Assembly (NCBI GenBank): GCA_032718475.1
Contig: JAUCBJ010006876.1
Span: 1-48,218, forward strand
Origin: Nemertoderma westbladi
Lineage: Eukaryota > Animalia > Xenacoelomorpha
Reading direction: 5' to 3'
Length of the DNA stretch: 48,218 nt
Shown: positions 25,801 to 37,524 of the stretch, piece after piece
Layout: the number at the start of each line of letters is the position of its first letter
Numbering within the stretch: the first letter of the stretch is position 1
Notes under the pieces: generated by a model
What the model saw: only the letters and a program-made list of their open reading frames with translations
What the model was told of the DNA's origin: nothing
Database searches by the model: none
Program-made: the position numbers and the translations under genes

Positions 25801-28800
25801 ATCAAACAAATTTAGTTCAATATTTATACTTCAGAATTCCTTTCCAAATAAATGTCGGGATTGGTTAGAAATATATTGTGATCCTCGTGGCTTTACTTGT
25901 ACTCACTCATTACGTTCGTTCGTTCGTACGGAACAACGTACGGATAAGAATTCTTAAATTGTTCCCATGACCTACTATAGATACGACCCGCCAAGCTGCT
26001 GCAAAGCCCCTAAATTTAGTGGGCCAGTTATTTCTCTTAGATAAAACCCCTGAAACAATACGTCTAGCGCGTCGAAAGTACTTGTCCCTAACTAAAATTA
26101 TATCGTCTTTCACATGAGACAAATAAAAAGTTAATAGCTCCAGTAGTTTTCGAGATATGACGCATTCCTGGCACCCATACCATATCAACACCTTTCGGAA
26201 TTGAAAAAATTACACAAAATGCATCACTCTTCAATACTTTGGTATAACCATTAAACTATAGTACTATGCTTTAGTAATCGAAGGCAAGATTAGAAGCAAA
26301 ATTTTCATTTTTATATCAATAGATAGTAAAAGAGCACCAAAAGTGCAAGTATCACTTTTTTCAAAAGTGGTAAATTGGCCGTACAGTTTGGCTACTGAGG
26401 TTTTAGAATGTGCTGATTTCATTTGGAAGGTTCATTCCTACATCAAACATCACAGTGGGGCTTAACTTGGTTTTTGGCAAAGGTTGGACCCCGTTCATGA
26501 AAATAAGTTTTTTGAGCTTAGTTGGTCCCCTAATGTAAAAATTGACAAAAATTAAAATATTTCATGGGTGGCTTTTAATATTAATACTATTTAAGTAATT
26601 ATTTAACACTAATCATATTACTAAATTTCAACTCTTAATCCCCCAAACATATTGACAGGTTTGTTTTGCTCCATTGGTGTCACATAGTACAAAAAATAAA
26701 AAAATTTAAAATTTCATGGGTGGCTTTTAATATAATGCTATTTAATTATTAATTAATTAAATTAATTATTATTAATTAGTTACCCCTTTCCTGAAAACAA
26801 GTTTTTTTGCTCTAATCATGTCTCGATGAATAAAATATAAAAAATTAGAAAGTTTTATGGGTGGCTTTTAATATAAATGCTATTTAATTATTTATTTAAT
26901 ACTAAATATTATTACCTTTAACTAAGGATGTTTGTTACCCCATCCCATATATGAAAACAAGTTTGTTTGGCTCCAAGCATGTCTTGATGAATAAAATATA
27001 AAAAATTAGAAAGTTTTATGGGTGGCTTTTAATATAAATGCTATTTAATTATTTATTTAATACTAATTATTATTACCTTTACCTAAGGATGTTTGTTACC
27101 CCATCCCATACATGAAAACAAGTTTGTTTGGCTCCAAGCATGTCTTGATGAATAAAATATAAAAAATTAGAAATTTTCATGGGTGGCTTTTAATATAAAT
27201 GCTATTTAATTATTTATTTAATACTAAATATTATTACATTTAACAAATGATGATTGGTACTCTTTCCCATACATGAAAACTAGTTTTTTGGTTTCAAACA
27301 TGCCTTGATGAATAAAATATAAAAAATTAGAAAGTTTCCTGGGTGGCGTTTAATATTACAACTATTTTATTATTCAATTAATACTAAATATTATTACTTA
27401 TATATATATATATACAGTATATAAGCTCATTGTTTATACAATGAAGGATTAGCGTAGATCAGCAGTTGTAAGATATGGACCAGACCACAATCTTCATAAA
27501 AAATCCCATATTTTCAAACATTTTATCTATAATCTACGTATTTATTTACTTTTTTATTAATATAATTCCTCAACTAGTGGTCAGCAACATTGTATCAATA
27601 ATCATTGTGTCTTACCTACAACTGTACTGAGTAGTTGTAGGTAATAAGACACAATGTGTACTCTCTCTATATAATTGTTTATTTATCTTACCAATCAAAC
27701 CAACCGAACCAACCATATATTAGTAGAACATCAGTAGGTATAATCTTTCACATTATTCAGGCATGGATGCACACACCTCCTACACTACATTATAATATAA
27801 AATAACATCAACATTAGTTCATGATTGTTCTTAGTCTTGTGTATAGATATACAGTATGCTTCAGTAAGGCATATTTTTCATTCATTCATTCTTAAGTGGT
27901 TCTTAAGTTAAATATAAAATAAGAACATCGATCAGATTATAAATTTATAAAACATCATAAACTATTTAATTTGATTTCTTACTTAATCTTACACACTGCA
28001 GATAATGGTGCGCCATTATCTGATATACCTTAATGTATACATGTACAGTATATAGACTAATGTTGTTAGTGGACTGAAATGTTTATTTCGTTCCTGAAAA
28101 ATGCCACATCATTCTAAGTTAGGGTTAATTTTCTGAACATGCAACATTTTCTTGAAAAAAACTTGGTCGAAGTATAAAGTTTTAGAAAGTCATCCAAGAT
28201 ACGCAAATTAGCTATTTCGAGCAGTTAAGGAATATAATTCGAAACATGTATAAACTATTTTTGGTTTTTAATGGGAGTATACTGTATATCAAAATAATTA
28301 CATATATTTAGTATTAATTTGATAAATAAATAGTTGTATTATTAAAAATTACCAATGAAACTTTCTATTTTTTTATATTATAATCATCAAGACATGCTTG
28401 GAGCCAAAAAACTTGTTTTCATGAATGGGATAGAGTAACAAACATCCTTTGTTAAAGGTAATAATATTTAGTATTAAATAAATAATTAAATATAATTTAT
28501 ATTAAAAGCCACACATGAAACTTTCTAATTTTTTATATTTTATTCACCGAGAGATGATTAGAGCAAAAAAACTTGTTTTCAGGAATGGGGTAACATCCTT
28601 TGTTAAAGGTAATAATGTATAGTATTAAATAAATAATTAAATAGCATTTATATTAAAAGCCACCCATGAAATTTTAATTTTTTTTATTTTTTGTACAATG
28701 TGACACCAATGGAGCAAAATAAACCTGTCAATTTGTTTGGGGGAGTAAGTGATGAAATTTAGTAATATGATTAATATTAAATAATTACTTAAATAGTATT

Positions 28801-31800
28801 AATTTAAAAAGCCACCCATGAAATATTTTAATTATTGTAAATTTTTACATCAGGGGACCAACTAAGCTCAAAAAACTAATTTTCATGAACGGGGTCCAAC
28901 CTTTGCCAAAAACCAAGTTAAGCCCCACTGTGACATATCGAAGAGTTGTGTAATATAACAACATAGGCATGTTGTTATGTTAGTTATTTGTCAGTTATTT
29001 GTGCCCCTGGAGCACGAAAAAACAAGTTGTGGAAATATGATAATGAAAATTTTTCTGAATTTTATGACCATATGGGTTTTTAGGATGCTGATCACGAATA
29101 TGATACTGAAAAATATCGTACCTTGTTGATTAGGCTTTTTTGGATACGTGTCAATGTGCGGCACGAATAAAACAAGTAGCACAAATTTCATAATGAAAAA
29201 TCATTACAAAACCAGCCTGATTTTGTAACAGTTGGGGTTTTTTGGGATGCTGATCACGAATATGACACTCATAAATATCGTATTATCCAACCAAAATATA
29301 TTTTTGCCGCTTGTCAGTTTGAAAAGTTATGCTACTTGTATTTTTCGTCCCACCAGATAAACACGAAAAACGATAGTCGCGTTCCACGAATTATTTTTAA
29401 CGAGTTGTATCGTGATTAGCGACCTTGAAAACCAGCATAGTTTCAGAATTACAAGACCAAAGGCAAAATTAAACAGTCTCAAATTTTGCTACTTGTACTT
29501 TTCGTTCTGGGGCACCAGAAGAATGGCACCAAAATTGGATTTGCACATACCAGAAATATTTATAACTACTTTCATCGTGATCAGCGACTTCGAAAACTCG
29601 AAATTTCTAAAATAACCACCCTCATCCCCTGCCCCAGCCAATTAAGTACTGTAGTACTGTAATATAGCCCGGGCCATATAGCAGATAGGGCTAAACGTAC
29701 CGGTTTAGGATTACGGTTGTAACTGAACTGAATATGAAACTCTTAATTCCGCATCAAACAAATAGTTAGAGTAAAATAAAGTATCAGTTCCTCAAATCAT
29801 TAAACGACACTACCTGTATATTCCAGGATAGTTAATAATAATTCCCCTAAATAATATCAGTTCTTCATTATATTGCAGTCGTAATATTATAAATTTATCT
29901 CAGCATATCTATTATGTATCAATAACCTTTGTCTATTAAATCTAAGACAGTAAGAAGCGAACACTGTTAAGGTGGCCACGCATAATGGCTTTCTTGAGAT
30001 CCTCCGAAAGGCCCGATATGTCTTCAGGAATTCAGATAGAAGTCCTGCTGGTTTAGACAAGAAGAATAAACCTAGCATGATGATTCTTAAAGAATAACCG
30101 ACCCCTCCAACCCCAAGTCCAGCAGTAGCTTCATCTCTACATCAGATTAAGAATGTTAGTGGATCCAATTCGCTGCACCACCCAGTGGAAAATGGTGGAA
30201 GTCATGATTTACCAATTATGATCGGCTATGTGATATTAGCAATATAATATCACATACCAACACACCGGGGAAATAAACATACATTGCCAGCCAGAGCAGA
30301 GGGAGAGATGCCAGCTCATCTCAGGGCAGAAGCTAGCATAATGGTCAAAGGGGAAAAGTGGGTTTTGCCAGGGAAAGCCAGATCAACCAATGGTAGGGTG
30401 ATTTACCATCAATCATAGCGCATCCATTGGCCAGGCCAAACGTAGGTAGCAATGTATCCCATGTGTAATTTTAATATAACCGTTACCTTCATTGATTGTG
30501 CCTTCAGTTGGCTATGTAGAGTGTAGAAGTTAGTCAAGTTGAAAACCAGACTCAGGGGGAAGTTTAAACCTACGACAGTTCGACGAGATGAAGAGAGACC
30601 AAGTTGCGACGACGCACTAATGCCAACGAGATAAGCAAACCAAAGACACCCCAGGGTTCAGAGAATGGAGGAAATCCACTGCACACCCCGAGCGACAGAG
30701 ACCAAACGATTTGGGAGGTGGCGGCAAGGCGGTACAAGCCCGCCACACTGGATTTGCAAAGGAGAGACGGTTCAGTTGTCGAGGAGGAGGGTGGATGAGT
30801 ACAAGGAGAGGAGAGACGCGAGTCGACACGGGACGGGAGCGGCGAGAGGAGTACCAGAGTCACCAGCCAACCAGCGGCTACAGGTGGCGAGCGGCCCACT
30901 GGAACAGGAATGGTGGGGCCCACAGTACCATGCCGGAAGAGGAGAGGAGGTCAAGGAGTTCAGGAGGAGGACGTTGGGACAAGCGATCGCCTACGACGTG
31001 GATACAACGCGACGAGGAGGATGCTCAAGGATGCTAAGACAGGAGGAAAGGTAGACGAGCCTAAAAGTTGAACCGCAGAATCAGTGAGTATAACAAACAT
31101 TTTCACTACCTAGTCCGATTTGGGAAGGGGGAACTGGCGAGTGAAAGGGCGAGAGGGGTCGCCACAGAACTGTTTGAATTGTGGTGATCTGAGATAATGC
31201 CGTATGGTGTAGTGAACATAGGGCCTTCTCTAGTGGATGTGCAGGGGATTAAGTTAGTGGGATGGGTGGGTCCACACAACGCCGAAGCCGAGGTTAGCCT
31301 GGAGGATTCGGTGTCATCCGTTAGTAAAACCACTAGCAGGCACAATAAAATTAGTAAAACGGGATGGGAGTCCATCGTAACCGAAAAGTCCACTATACCC
31401 TCCGCGAAAGCAAGAGGGACAAAGTCACGATTTACCAATTATGTGATATTAGCAATTTAATATCACATACCGACACACTGGGGCAATATACATTGCCAGC
31501 CAGAGGGAGAGATGCCAGCTCATCTCAGGGCAGAAGCTAGCATAAAGGTCAAAGGGGAAAAGTGGGTTTGGCCAGGGAAAGACAGATCAACCAATGGTAG
31601 GGCGATTTACCATCAATCATAACACATCCATTGGCCAGGCCAAACGTAGGTAGCAATGTATCCCATGTGTAATTATAATATAACCGTTACCTTCATTAAT
31701 TGTGCCTTCAGTTGGCTATGTAGAGTGTAGAAGTCAGACGGTTTTCAACCGTCGCCATTACTGCTATTATTGTGCTGTGTTACCGGTACTTATAGATTTG

Positions 31801-34800
31801 AGATTATATCAACATTCAGTCATTAACTCATTATTCTACCGGCCTTTGGCATTTCAGCCCCAAAGTCTTCAGTCAAACTAGCACGCGCCGACACATATCC
31901 AAACCACCACAAAACCCGGTCGGGATTCCCTCGCCAACTCGGGGATCCCATCAAAAAGAACTAATTTTACTCTTCTTCATGAATTTCGATGGATGATGGG
32001 CGGTATATTATTTTTCTGGTGGTCTCCGAGGAATTTGAGGCATTTATAGCACAATGAAGTCGGAACAGATTCCGGGTTTACTGAATATATCACAAGTCGA
32101 AATGTAAAAATGTTAGTGGAAGGGCCTGGTGTCATCTGATCTGTAAATAATCCATGACTAATCGAACAAAGTCCCACTCTGTAAACCGAGCGCGCGAACG
32201 GCATCTATACACACAGCACTTTCCAACTATACCGGTAACTGCAACGGCCTCCATACAGATTCAGATACTATGCCCAGATTAGATTAAGCCCCCGTGGCTG
32301 CCAGCCCGTGTAGAAGTGATAATAAATAGTCAAATAAACACAGGTACATGTAATAATGATAAGGCATTGATGCCTAACACAGTAACAACATAATGCACTC
32401 AGCACTCAGCGGTAAAGTAATGCCTAACGCAGTAGTGCAGTATAATGCACATACCACATACAGAATAATACACTACATTACCGGACCAGTACCGACCAGA
32501 GTACTGCAGTACTGAAATGAAGTTCACTGGCTGGCACTTAAAATTTTCGACTGGCACATTGGCCATTTTTGAAAATACCACAATTTTATAAACATTCCCA
32601 ATGAAATCAGCTCATTCTAAAACCTCAGAAGCCAAACTATACGGCCAAATGACCACTTTTGGCTATTTGAAAATTTCGAGCTACTTGTAATTTTGGTGCT
32701 CTTTTAGTGTCTATTATAAAATAAACAATGAAGATTTTATTCTAATTTCGCTTTCGATTACTAATAATTAATTCGACTATCCAAAAAAGCATAATATGAT
32801 TTAATAGTTATACCAAAGTCTTGAAGGGTTATTATGTATTATGTATTATATATTATTATATATATGTCATATATATAATATATATAACATCATATCATAT
32901 ATCATATCATACTCCTCATATCTCGAAAACTACTGGAGCTATTAAATTTTGATTTGTCTCATCTGAAAGAGGAATTAATTTTAGTTAGGGACAAGAACTT
33001 TCGACGCGATAGACGTATTGTTTGAGGGGTTCTATCTAAGAGAAATAACTGGCACACTAAATTTAGGGGCTTTGCAGCAGCAGTATCTATAGTAGGTCAT
33101 GTTGTCCCAAATAAAAATTATCCCGACCAACTCTAAAAGTGCAGCAACAATTAAAAATTTTTATTTTCCTCTATTTCGAATGTATTAATAATAAATAACT
33201 TTATGAATTAATTTTTGCAGCTTTCTTTGTATTTCCTTTATTGCTACTCATTGCTCTTTACGGTTCTATATGTTATTCACTCTGGTTTGGAAATAAAATG
33301 CAAAGCGGCGATGCTGTTAAAAAAAGGGTTAGTTGATAAACTTAACGAATAAATAGCCTTACTCTTAGTATACAGAGTTCGAAATTAATATTAGAAATTA
33401 ATTTAATTTACTTATTATTCGCCCTAACAATTATAAGGACATATATTTATTTAAGTATCTATTAATACATTTCGTATAATAAGTTTAGCATAGTAAGCTT
33501 AAAGCAGTTACGATGAACACCAATATATCTTCTGAGGTCGTGGGTTTGATCCAGCTATGATAGTTTTCGTATCGGCACGAATTCTGTAGAGACTAGCCAG
33601 GGCTCTCCACCTCTGCTCGCATCCTTTGAAAAGGGTACCAGTGTACTATAACGTTAACCTAATGCATTTAAACAAAAAATTACAGAATATGGCAGCACTA
33701 AAATAAAATTCTGGGATATAACAGTGACAATTTATTGGTCACCAAAGAAAATTGGCTATTATGAACATAATTCGGAATCCTTTTATGATAAAACTTTTGT
33801 TACGATATCACACAATTAAATTATTATTTTACTGATTCACTCTATAATTTTTAACAACCCAATTACAGCTGCATAACCCCAATGTCTCAGCGGCTAATTT
33901 ATACAATTTCTAGGTACTGGACCAACATAATGAGATACATGAAGCGTAACAAAGGCAGATCTTTTAATGCTTTCAGTTTTGTCAACTGGAAATGTATTTG
34001 AATCGAATGTCCATTAGATTAATAGGAAAGCAATCATATCTTATTCAACATACTTTTTACATTTTCCTTGTCATTGTGCTCAATGATTCCAGTGGTACTA
34101 CTCAGTTACTCAATAAGTCGATTGTAGCCAGTCATGCCTAAATACACTTAGAACCACTCAAATAATAGCCATATCTGGTGTTCAGACGTCTGTAGTTAAA
34201 TTCAAGCTGATTGTTGTGTGGCGGGATAAGCGTTTCCCAGAATAATCGTCCATAAATTCCCGTAATCATAAATGGATGACTCACTTCGTGGATAAAAGGA
34301 AATAATTTTTGTGACAAAAGGCAACAAATTGTACTAATAAATTCTGACATTACCATCACAAACCAATAGGTTAATCTATTCTAAATGTTTATCTGACATA
34401 AACAATAAAATGATTATTGTTGAATATTTTAAATATTAATTGATAATTTTGTCCGAGCTCACTCGACTTAATATTAGTAGTAATTTATTATAATTTATTA
34501 TCCATTTAACTAAAACAAAACAAAATGTAATCTCATATATATAAAAAAATTTCAAACTTCAATCAATGTAAGAATCCTTACCCTGAGTAATTCCATTTAT
34601 AGTCTATTTAGAAACTGAATTAATAATATATTTTTATTTACTATGATATGGTTGATCATTAAATCTAATTACACTGATATATTTTTGATGTAAGAATCAT
34701 TGACTTAAAATTCAAGATTAAAAATACTCTTGGAATTAAAATGCAAAAAATTATTTGCCCACCAAATCAAATAGTTAAAAAATTCACTTTTCCACCAAAG

Positions 34801-35868
34801 CGGCTCACTTTCCACCAAAATAGTTCACTTCTACACCAAAACGTATCACTTAAATTTTCTTTTTGCACCAAATCGATTAGTTAAAAAAAATCACTTTCCA
34901 CCAAAACGGCTCACTTTCCACCAAAATAGCACACTTATACACCAAAACGTATCACTTAAATTTTCAAACGACTTTCTGTTTATTACATACTCTGTGATAT
35001 GCGGTATACAATTTGGTGGTAAAGTGATATTAAATGGTGACAAAGTGATATTATTTGGTGCATAACAAATAGATTGGTGGAATAACATAATTTGGTGAAA
35101 AATGTCTAATAATTTAGTGTTTTCTGATATTATTTGGTGCACAATAATTTGTTTGGTTGTGGGAATTTTTTTGGTGTGTAAAATGATATACGTTGGTGTA
35201 TAAAGTAACCGATTTTGGTGCAAAACTGATATTTTTTGGTGTATGAGTAAATCGTAGCCCAATTAAAAGTATTTCTGGTAAAATAATGCTGTTTAAATTG
35301 CGTCGGTTTAATTGTTACTAGTGTACAATAGTGCTTCATGTAGTGCGCGTGTTACTGTAGTTACTAAGTAATGTTTAACTTCATCCAGACCAAATGTTCG
35401 GCAGATAATTAATTACAATTTATAAACGTTATGATGTGTTAGGACTCCCGTTTATTATTTTGGTTAGATGTACATTGTACATGTCACTGTAACCTGCTCT
35501 TTTCCCTTAATTGATAATTAGCGGTTTTAAGCGAAGATTGCGACCATTTAAAATTCTGCGTCAGTCGCGATTTTGAATAAAAATTTTAATAAAATAAAAG
35601 TTTGATTAATGAAAATAAACGGAATAAATCTTATCTTATCCAATAATTTTTGCAGGCAGTGAAGATGCTGATTCTAGTAACAGTTATATTCGCCCTCTCG
35701 AGTCTACCAATGTGGGTCGCCGTACTTTATTACGACTTTGTTGAGTATTTCTACGGGCTGGAACTCGTCCTCATTATCACAGAATCGCTCGCCTACTCCA
35801 ACAGCTGTATGAACCCCATCATATACGGATTCTGTAACAGAAATTACCGACGCGAATATATTGGTTAG
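16647..35868 (+). CDS. Rhodopsin-class (class A) GPCR, neuropeptide-receptor-like, 5 coding exons, ~308 aa
   Basis: join(16647..16868,21762..21934,25396..25607,33221..33327,35656..35868) = 927 nt, with GT-AG introns of phase 0, 2, 1, 0. Motifs: TM1 N, LHTPTNY..SLAVCD, TM3 C...ERF, TM4 W, ECL2 C, TM5 FP..Y, KKRAVKML, NSCMNPIIY. Confidence 0.9.
18632..20050. mobile_element. Non-autonomous DNA transposon, Sola1-like, in GPCR intron 1
   Basis: 31-bp perfect TIR gtggctggttgcgagaaaagggacctgggga, 4-bp TSD ATTT (18628-18631, 20051-20054), internal ~130-160 bp repeats in both orientations, no transposase. Confidence 0.8.
21111..21426 (+). mobile_element. Short RTE 3'-end retroposon copy with (TAG)n tail
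   Basis: Encodes RLRFAGHCFRREDQPVHNLVLWQP...DRELWR. Flanked by the 11-bp duplication taaggtatcat. Related copies at 36166-36462 and 37448-37523. Confidence 0.8.
21762..21934 (+). CDS. GPCR exon 2 (TM2-TM3)
   Basis: tttacag|VCDMMVGLINFP...WCRLFVYIQRVSSLATVVTMVGIAIE(R)|gtatgt. Confidence 0.92.
22400..22660 (-). pseudogene. L2/CR1-type LINE 3' fragment, degenerate
   Basis: LQRVQNTAARI...DHISP...RIEFKIL...LWNKIP...FKS. Confidence 0.65.
22780..23140 (+). pseudogene. Highly decayed RTE-like RT fragment
   Basis: LPKKGNL...Y*GISLISIASNLL resembles PKKGDL..NYRGISL. Confidence 0.4.
23970..24290 (+). mobile_element. tRNA-derived SINE with a conserved central domain (Deu/Nin/CORE-like)
   Basis: gtccgagtgg (A box) and ggttcgaatc (B box), then tgtgtccataggcaagacaattaa and acccagcggtagaatgggtac, which resemble conserved SINE core segments. 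Confidence 0.6.
24492..25372. repeat. 24-bp minisatellite, ~37 units (aaatatgtaatgaaataatataat)
   Basis: Directly visible head-to-tail array. A block of variant units recurs 288 bp apart (~24823 and ~25111). Confidence 0.97.
25396..25607 (+). CDS. GPCR exon 3 (ICL2, TM4, ECL2, start of TM5)
   Basis: tttacag|(R)FRAIKFPLRQKWGLKESIVMIVLEWVISLSFPLY...AVFCDIRP...LEFS(A)|gtaagg. This frame is not shown in the ORF track. Confidence 0.9.
26451..28932. mobile_element. Foldback-type non-autonomous DNA transposon, Chapaev-like (CAC...GTG, 4-bp TSD)
   Basis: Ends CACAGTGGGGCTTAACTTGGTTTTTGGC / reverse complement, with ACAT on both flanks. Arms (~950 and ~640 bp) are built of ~140-160 bp tandem units. 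Confidence 0.8.
28990..29605 (-). mobile_element. Inverted internal fragment of the Sola1-like family (18632..20050)
   Basis: Reverse-complement similarity to ~19090-19700. For example, gacactcataaatatcgtattatccaaccaaa matches ttggttggataatacgatatttttgagtgtc. Confidence 0.7.
30199..31734. repeat. Pair of ~320-bp LTR-like direct repeats (30199-30530, 31422-31734) around a GC-rich ~890-bp spacer
   Basis: The copies are highly similar with small indels and contain CCAAT- and TATA-like motifs. The spacer has no recognisable domain. Confidence 0.75.
33221..33327 (+). CDS. GPCR exon 4 (TM5, ICL3)
   Basis: tttgcag|(A)FFVFPLLLLIALYGSICYSLWFGNKMQSGDAVKKR|gttagt. Phases fit both neighbouring exons. 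Confidence 0.88.
34758..35240. repeat. MITE/foldback-like array of CACCAAA motifs followed by inverted TTTGGTG motifs
   Basis: Repeated caccaaa at 34759-34946 (a ~105-bp block is duplicated), then repeated ttggtg at 35011-35240. Confidence 0.6.
35656..35868 (+). CDS. GPCR exon 5 (TM6, TM7, helix 8)
   Basis: tttgcag|AVKMLILVTVIFALSSLPMW...LAYSNSCMNPIIYGFCNRNYRREYIG*. Confidence 0.92.
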   Translation, partial: AVKMLILVTVIFALSSLPMWVAVLYYDFVEYFYGLELVLIITESLAYSNSCMNPIIYGFCNRNYRREYIG

Positions 35869-36165
35869 ACATGGTGATATATAATCTTAAAGTTTTATTG
35901 TTAAAGTTATTAATTGGTTGATGCGAAACACGATACACGTCCGTGGGGCCTTCGCGCAGCCCGAGGCTCAGTTATCAGATACAGATTAAAATTGAGCTAT
36001 TCTATCACAAAATCGGTATTTATGAAATTTAACCAAACCGACTATAAATCAAAGAAGAGGGGAAAGTTCCCAACCTTCCTCTTAATCTGCACCACCCCAA
36101 CCCAAAGGCGCACAGGGGATTGATGACAGGCAGGTATTAACAACAATTAGCATTAGTAATTAGTA

Positions 36166-36462
36166 TTGACACTAGAACAAAGCTGCCGTGCCTCCGCTTT
36201 GCAGAACATGGCTTTCGCCGTGTGCATAACGTAGCCAGTGCATAATCTTGTGCTTTGGGGCCCCCATGGAGTAAATAAGCCTGGTGGACAGCCCATGACT
36301 TTCGTGAGACACTTCCTAAACGACACTGGCCTTGAAGTGGCGGATGATCTAGCAAATGTCATGGGTGATAGGGAGTTGTGGCGGCGCAATTTTGTCGACA
36401 GGCCGGCATAGCATTCTTAAAAATGCAGCTGCAATGCAGCATGCCGATCCTTGTAGTAGTAG
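36166..36462 (+). mobile_element. Second copy of the short RTE 3'-end retroposon
   Basis: Aligns along its length with 21145-21426 and ends in tgtagtagtag. Confidence 0.8.
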
Positions 36463-37200
36463 ATCTTCTTCTGCTTGGGGAGTAATATTTCCATGTATTA
36501 TCTCGTAATATTTCCTTTTTCGAATATGATTTACACTTTTAACACAATTTTAAAACTTATTGAACTAAAGATTGTTGCATTAAGTGGGCTGGGCGCGTTT
36601 ATTATATTAAGAAATTAGGTAGTTTGGTTCGTTGGGTACAATGGACCCCCTGGGCTACTGTAGTGTAGTTCCTGTACGTCACATTGTTGTGCAGCTTAAC
36701 TTCTGGATAATCAATAATAAATAATATTGAATCAACTACGGAATAAATCGCATTTGATATATTTTTATGTAGATTTTTCAATCAAAATCAACCTAACTTA
36801 ATTTGCAAACCTTTTAGCTATTTTTGAATTGTCGATTAGGATGTTGCAAATTAGTTGAACATATATATGGTGATTGGCGTAATGGGTCTGCCCGGCCAAT
36901 TACCATCTACATTCTACACAATCAGTACATATGCATGCAACTCAACCCAACTTAATTTGGCGCATATAATAATATTTTAAGATTTCAAAAGGTGACAACT
37001 TATATGATCAATTACTAAAAATTTAATTTTTTATTATTAGCTTTCGATAGCTCTCTCTATCTTTATCAAATAAACGATATTCTAGAATTATTGCGCTACA
37101 AATAATAATACTACCCTAGCAACTAATGAGTTTGTTAAATCAGTGAATCTTTAATCTTTCTAATTTTTAAGGATTGAAAACATCAAGTCCAAAGTTATTG

Positions 37201-37265
37201 ATCACCGCCTCGTTGAGAACATTATTACACCCGTTGGGTTTGAATGTTCTCAACGAGGCGGTGAT
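37201..37265. repeat. Perfect 23-bp inverted repeat, 19-nt loop
   Basis: atcaccgcctcgttgagaacatt ... aatgttctcaacgaggcggtgat. Confidence 0.9.
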
Positions 37266-37524
37266 GAATTAATTAAATTAAGTAATTAATTAAGTAATCA
37301 AGTAATTAAATTAATATTAATTGGTAACATTTACTATGGCTCAATGTCTTCGTAACAGTTTGAACCAGTTATTATGTACCAATTTCTATCTACCAGTTTC
37401 TCGTTACCAGTTTCTATGTACTAGTTTCTCTGAACAAAACAAAACAGTTTCGTGAGACACTTCCTAAACGACACTGGCCTTGAAGTGGCGGATGATCTAG
37501 CAAATGTCATGGGTGATTGGGAGA

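Larger units (their letters stand above)
25966..33101. mobile_element. Non-autonomous P-element-like transposon with ~470-500 bp imperfect TIRs, carrying nested insertions
   Basis: Termini CATGACCTACTATAGATAC...GTATCTATAGTAGGTCATG. 25966-~26430 mirrors ~32595-33101. Flanks ttgttcc/ttgtccc form a 7-bp TSD with 1 mismatch. Confidence 0.75.

Noticed and set aside
26451-26480. Canonical 12/23 recombination signal sequence
   Set aside because: The nonamer-like word is inverted, the spacer is 11 nt at both ends, and no RAG-like ORF is present in the window.
30570-31460. Overlapping ORFs in the GC-rich spacer as a host gene
   Set aside because: All frames are short, with no recognisable motif. Open frames are expected at this GC content.
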